Assembly: GCF_009914755.1 (NCBI RefSeq)
Contig: NC_060942.1
Source: the human T2T-CHM13v2.0 reference genome, Homo sapiens
Length of the DNA stretch: 64,000 nucleotides
Strand: one strand, 5' to 3'
In this document: piece after piece, positions 57,887 through 64,000 of the stretch
How the letters are laid out: every line of letters begins with the position of its first letter
How positions within the stretch are numbered: position 1 is the stretch's first letter
Program-made: the position numbers and the translations under genes
The notes under the pieces: model-generated
What the model was told of the DNA's origin: nothing
Database searches by the model: none
What the model saw: only the letters and a program-made list of their open reading frames with translations

Positions 57887-58117
57887 TTAGAGCTTCACTA
57901 GTATATGAACAGATCACATGCCATTAAGATAGAACCTATACTTGAACAGCATTTTGTAGAAGGTGATGTGCATACAGGCTGGTGACTTCCACATCTGTAT
58001 CTCCAGAGCACCGGGTATGCACATTTAACTGCCTACTGGACAACCCCACCTGCATGGATCCTCGGCCAGGCAGGCAGACTCACCACAACCCTACATTTAC
58101 ACTCTTCACTCCTCCTT

Positions 58118-59830
58118 GAGAGCCAAATCAGGAATTCAGTCTCATTCACAATTGCTACAGAAAGAATAAAATACCTAGGAGTACAACTAACCAGGGAGGT
58201 AAAAGATCTCTACAATGAAGACTAAAAAACACTGCTGAAAAATATCAGAGATGACACAAACAAATGGAAAAACAATCCATACTCATCGATAGGAAGAATC
58301 AATATGGTTAAAATGGCCAGACTGCCCAAAGCAATTTATAGAATCAACGCTGTTTCCATCAAACTATCAATGATATTCTTCACAGAACTAGAAAAAACGA
58401 TCTTAAAATTTATATGGTACCAAAAAAGAGCTGAAACAGCCAAGGCAATCCTAAGCAAAAAGAATGAAGCTGGGGCTACAGTAACTAAAACATCATAGTA
58501 CTGGTACAAAAACAGATACATAAACCAAGGGAATAGAATACAGATCCCAGAAGTAAGACCACAAGTAAGATCTTCAACAAAGCTGACAAAAACAAGCAAT
58601 GGGGAAAGGACTCTCTATTCAATAAACGGTGCTGGGATAACTGGATAGCCATATGCAGAAGATTGAAACCCGACCCATTTCTTACACAAAGTTATTTTTA
58701 TACAAAGATCAACTCAAGATGAATTAAAGACCTAAATGTAAACCTAAAACTATAAAAACCCTGGAAGACAATCTAGGCAAGACCCATTCTGGACATAGGA
58801 ACGAGCAAAGGTTTCATGACAAAAACACCAAAAGCAATCTCAACAAAAGCAAATGGGATCTGGTTAAACTAAAGAGCTTCTGCACACCAAAAGAAACTAT
58901 CAACAGAGTAAACAGACAACCTACAGAATTGGAGAAAACATTTGCAAACTATGCATCTAACAAAGGCCTAATATCCAGCATCTATAAAGAATTTAAACGA
59001 ATTTACAAGAAAAAAAGAACATTAAAAAGTGGGCTAAGGACATGAACAGACACTTTTCAAAAGAAGACATACATGCAGCCAACAAGCACATGAAAAAAAG
59101 CTCAGCATCACTGATCATTAGAGAAACGCAAATCAACACCACAGTGAGTTACCCCCTCATAAAAGTCAGAAAAGCTATTATTAAAAAGTCAAAAAATAAT
59201 AGATGGTGGTGAGGTTATGGAGAAAAGGGAACACTTACAGACTGTTGGTGGGAGTGTAAATTAGTTCAACCATTGTGGAAAGCAGTACGGTGATTCCTCA
59301 AAGAGCTAAAAACAGAACTACCATTTGACCTGGCAATCTTATTACTGGATATATACCCAAGGGAATATAAATCATTCTACCATAAAGATACATGCATACG
59401 TGTGTTCAATGCAGCTCTGTTCACAGTAGCAAAGACATGGAATCAACCTAAATGCCCATCACTGGTAGACTGGATAAAGAAAATGTGGCACATATACACC
59501 ATGGAATACTATGCAGCCATAAAAAATAATGAGATCATGTCCTTTGCAGGAACAGGGGTGGAGCTGGAGACCATTATCCTTAGTAAACTAATGCATGAAC
59601 AGAAAACCAAATACTTCATGTTCTGGGAAACAACAGACACTGGAGTCTATTGGAGGGTAGAGAGTGGGAGGAGGGAGGGGATCAGGAAAAATAACGAATG
59701 GGTACTAGGCTTAATACCTGAGTGATGAAATACTCTATACAACGAACCCCCATGACACAGGTTTACCAATATAACAAACCTGTACATGTACCCCTGAACT
59801 TAAAATAAAAGTTAAGAAAAATGAAAGAAA
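58118..59830 (+). mobile_element. Old L1P LINE-1, 5'-truncated (ORF2 3' part and 3' UTR)
   Basis: Decayed ORF2 peptides ([38 protein letters not shown]; ALFTVAKTWNQPKCPSLVDWIKKMWHIYTMEYYAAIK); ends ...gaacttaaaataaaagtt plus A-rich tail. Confidence 0.95.
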
Positions 59831-60554
59831 TAGAGTACTGATACGTCATTTCCAATGAATCTCTGTGTATTTCTCCACAGACAGTGCCTAAGCAATTAAA
59901 CATAGCCTGGGCTTCAATAACACTTCCAATTGTATCAATGAACTTCCATGGATTATTTAAAATTGTATTTGCTATCATATTCTAAATAAACAGTTATTTA
60001 AGTCAAACTCTGCTTCAGATATCATAAAAGAAAACAGTGGGTATGGTTTAATGTGTATTTTAGTGGGCTTGTCTTGGGAAAAGTTTTAGGTGGTGGAATC
60101 ACTAGAATTTCCCCTCCCCAGGTTACTTTCATTGAATTGCAATTATGTATATTCCTTGACAAAGTCTGGTGTGGGTTTTTAAATTTTTGTTTTTAATAAA
60201 ATTGTATGTAAGAAGATTATTGTGTTATCCAATGATGCCCAAAGGAAGTTCCAGATTCAAACTTTCTTTTAGAGTAGGAGGCCAGTGAATGCTCCATTGA
60301 GTAGAACTTGATTTTATAATTTACCAAATCTTCTTTGTTTTCAGTGCCAGATGCTCAGAGCCAAATCTGACTCGACCATAGCAGCCATTATGAAGTCATT
60401 GTGCTTATCTTATGGAAACTCTCTTTCTTTGGTCTTGATTATTTATTTCTCTTTTATTAACCTTTTAATGCATGTCTTTGTTTTGTTCTTCCTCATTTTA
60501 TTTAAAGAGGCAGAGCATATATTTTAAAATAAATTACTCAAAGGACTTTATTTG

Positions 60555-60864
60555 GGCCAAGTGCAGTGGCTCATGCCTGTAATCCTAACACTTTGGGAAG
60601 CTGCGATGGGAGGACTGCTTAAGGCTAGGAGTTAAGACCAGCCTGGTCAACATAGTGAGAGCCCGATCTCTACAAAAAATTTAAAAATTAGCCAGTAATC
60701 CCAGCTATACAGGAGACTGAGGCAGGAGGATGGCTTGAACCCAGGACTTTGAAGCTGCAGAGAGCTATGATGGCACCACTGCACTTTAGCCTGGGTGACA
60801 GAGCAAGACCCTGACCCCGCCCCCCCCCACAAAAAAAAGCAAAAAAAAGCAAAAAAAAAAAAAA
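60555..60864 (+). mobile_element. Alu (AluJ) with internal deletion
   Basis: Diverged sense dimer missing the start of the right monomer; TSD acttt(at/cc)ttg. Confidence 0.92.
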
Positions 60865-61851
60865 CTTTCCTTGTATAAATTGAGGTCTATACTACTTCTA
60901 GTCATTGTGCCACTGGGATGGAATTAGATGCTGGAATTGTCACCCTGTGGTGCATTCTGCCTTTCTTAGGACCAAAATTCACCAGGGCCACAGTGCTCAC
61001 TTTCCTACCATTTTGAGTCTCATTTGTGAAACCGAAACCATGTAAGAACCAACTTGCTCATTTTGGGCAAATACCCAGGAAATAACATCATTAACATTAA
61101 AACATTCTGTATTAAATTACTACATTACAGACAACCCCATAATGAGTACAACAAAAAGTCCAAAGTAATGCGCTGGCTATTATGCCATTTCTTCCCTTAT
61201 TCCTAATGATCTCAACAAATTGCCAAATCCTTAGAAACCCTCTGTAGAGTTGCCTCCACACTAAGCATCACTCAAGAAAGTAACAACAATTTTAAGTCTT
61301 TACAGAAAAGACAACATTTGTGGTTAGAACAACTTATCACTAATTTAAGGCCAATGTAAGCCAGAATTGTAACACTCCTATCATTTCAGCAGTACTAAAC
61401 TACTAAAACAAAAAGTTCTGACTTGGAATTGTGTATCTCAGTAGGGGGCCATGGATTTCAGACCCCATTCTAAAGCTGAATTAGGTCTCACCGTTATAGT
61501 CTCTCTGCTTCCCTCTTTAGGTATGTGTTACCTAGGAACCCAGAGGCACGTTAACGGTCCCCAAGCAGATGGGCTTTCCCTTTATGTGCTCCTCTCCACT
61601 TGGGCAGGAAAAGCACAGCTGCATGGAACAATTTTGTGTAGAAGATCTCCTATATACATCCGCAGCTGCTCATCTGCCCTTCAGCGGGGAGCTGGAACCT
61701 GGAAGCAGCAGGCTTCCTAGCCTATTAAGGACTAAATGCTCCTATTTGGATTCCTATGTCTTTGGTCCCATAGATGTGCTTCTTAGCAATCCTCACTATC
61801 TTCAGGAACATGTCCCTTCATCCACTTCCTAGTGGACTTTCAGTAACCTTC

Positions 61852-62369
<518 letters not shown>

Positions 62370-64000
62370 TCTAAAATCTTTTAAAAGGGGTGGTGGAGAA
62401 CGAAATGGGAAAACGTTGGAGAAAGAAAGGGACATGGCCAATAACACAATGAAAAATATTACCTTAGGAAACCACGTAGTAGACCACAAAAAGACTAAAA
62501 GGAAAACGAAAACAGGAGAAGTGGACACACAGGATTTTCCAACAGAGATTTGGGTGGGCCTGCAGTTGAGGGAGTTTTCACTTCTCTAAGCAACGAAGCC
62601 AAATCCTAACACTCTTCTTTAGGGATATAATAAGCCAAGAAGCCCTCACTGAGCAGGAGTTTCAAGTAGATCTCTTTAATGACCCCTTGCAACACTGAGA
62701 TTCTGCGACCAACAGGATGGAAGTTGAGAAGAGAGAAAAAGTTAAGTTACTGCATAAAACAAGTCCCAAATTAAAAGGCTATAGAAAAATATTCAAATAA
62801 ATACATAGACCTTTAACAGAAAGAATGTGAATTAAGAGAAGGATAACAACAGATAGGAATTAATAGGAACTGGAGATTAAGAGACTCCAAATGTTTGCAA
62901 GTCATAGAAGGAAAAAAAAAAGTGTGTGTGTGTCAAGGAGGAGTCGGGTGGCTTATAGAAGCCCATGCTATAAATATCAAGACTTCGCTGGAGGTCTCAC
63001 CTTTGTGCCCTTTCCAGCATGTCTCTTCTTGCTCAAGAGCCACATCTGTTATCCCTACATACTGTCCAGGGATCAGGTTTCCAGCCAAAGACACACAACA
63101 CTTATTCAGGAACAGATGCAGTAATATTTCAATTTGTTTGCTTAAAGTTTTTGTGTTTTTATTCACTTGCTAGCACTTCTTTTAGACACTATTTAACGTA
63201 AACAGAAGTTTTGTACATTTCTTACATACCCTGAAGAGGTTTCATTCTATAAATTTCTTCTCCATAATATAGTTCCAATTTCAGGAAACTTTACTTTTCT
63301 AAGAGATTTGTCTGCACTCAACCATAGTACAGTAAAGCGTTGCACTTTGTGACTAACCATGTTCCAGAGAATGTCTCTGGACACGGTTTTTATTTTTTGC
63401 AATTTCCACAACTTTATTATTTTTATCTAAACTTAATTTTTAAGGTATATTTTTAAATTTAGCATAGGTCTGGCCCATGGCCCATTTATTTACATCAATA
63501 AATCAAGTTGAAGTCATCAACTGTGGTTTAATTAAACAATTAATTTAATTAATCTAATCAAGTTTTATTTTCTATAATAAAAAGCAATTTAAACTCTACA
63601 TATTGGTGAAGAGTTTGAAAATTGCTTGAGTTTTTATTAGATAACGATACAGATTTTTTTGTAAAAAAGATAACAGATTTTTTGTTAAAACAGCAGAGGT
63701 ATTTACTCTAAAATACTCCACTGGTTTAAAAAAAAAAAAAGAATTTCCATGAACCTGATACGTTTAAAGTTGACTCGCAATGACTTCTTTCTTTCTTTTT
63801 TTCCAGAAGTTCTATTGCCTTCATATTTTCAAGGCTCTGGATGGATCCAAAAAATTAAACTAAAACTGAAGGCAAATCTTAAATTTCTTTAGTAATACGC
63901 AAAATATGAATTAAAACACATGAACTCTTCTGAAAGGAATCGACCCATTTAAAATGCCAAAGAAGCTACTGGAAACACAGAATTCATTTCTGGCTCATTA

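Noticed and set aside
58118-59830. L1 ORF2 peptides as an active gene
   Set aside because: 5'-truncated, with stops, frameshifts and deletions

Overview
Repeat-rich, CpG-depleted, apparently non-coding primate (most likely human) genomic DNA, intronic or intergenic. I find no credible protein-coding exon, CpG island, tRNA or rRNA. The ORF track is explained by Alu, L1 and LTR sequence or by chance. The window holds about 19 Alu/FLAM copies, several L1 pieces, L2 and MIR relics, many solo LTRs (MLT1, MLT2, MST, THE1, LTR16, LTR33, LTR47-like, MER4-group ERV1), MER5-type DNA-transposon pieces and microsatellites. The items most worth a second look are: a full-length 7SL (SRP RNA) processed pseudogene with an antisense Alu nested in its 3' end; a frameshifted hAT (Blackjack-like) transposase C-terminal fossil near 32.4-32.6 kb; a 68-bp dispersed direct duplication at a truncated LTR edge; an ERV1 solo LTR retaining promoter signals and an IRF element; and a few candidate non-coding exons. 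I do not see evidence for a novel biological system. Repeat family names are recognised from memory of consensus sequences, and boundaries of old repeats are approximate.
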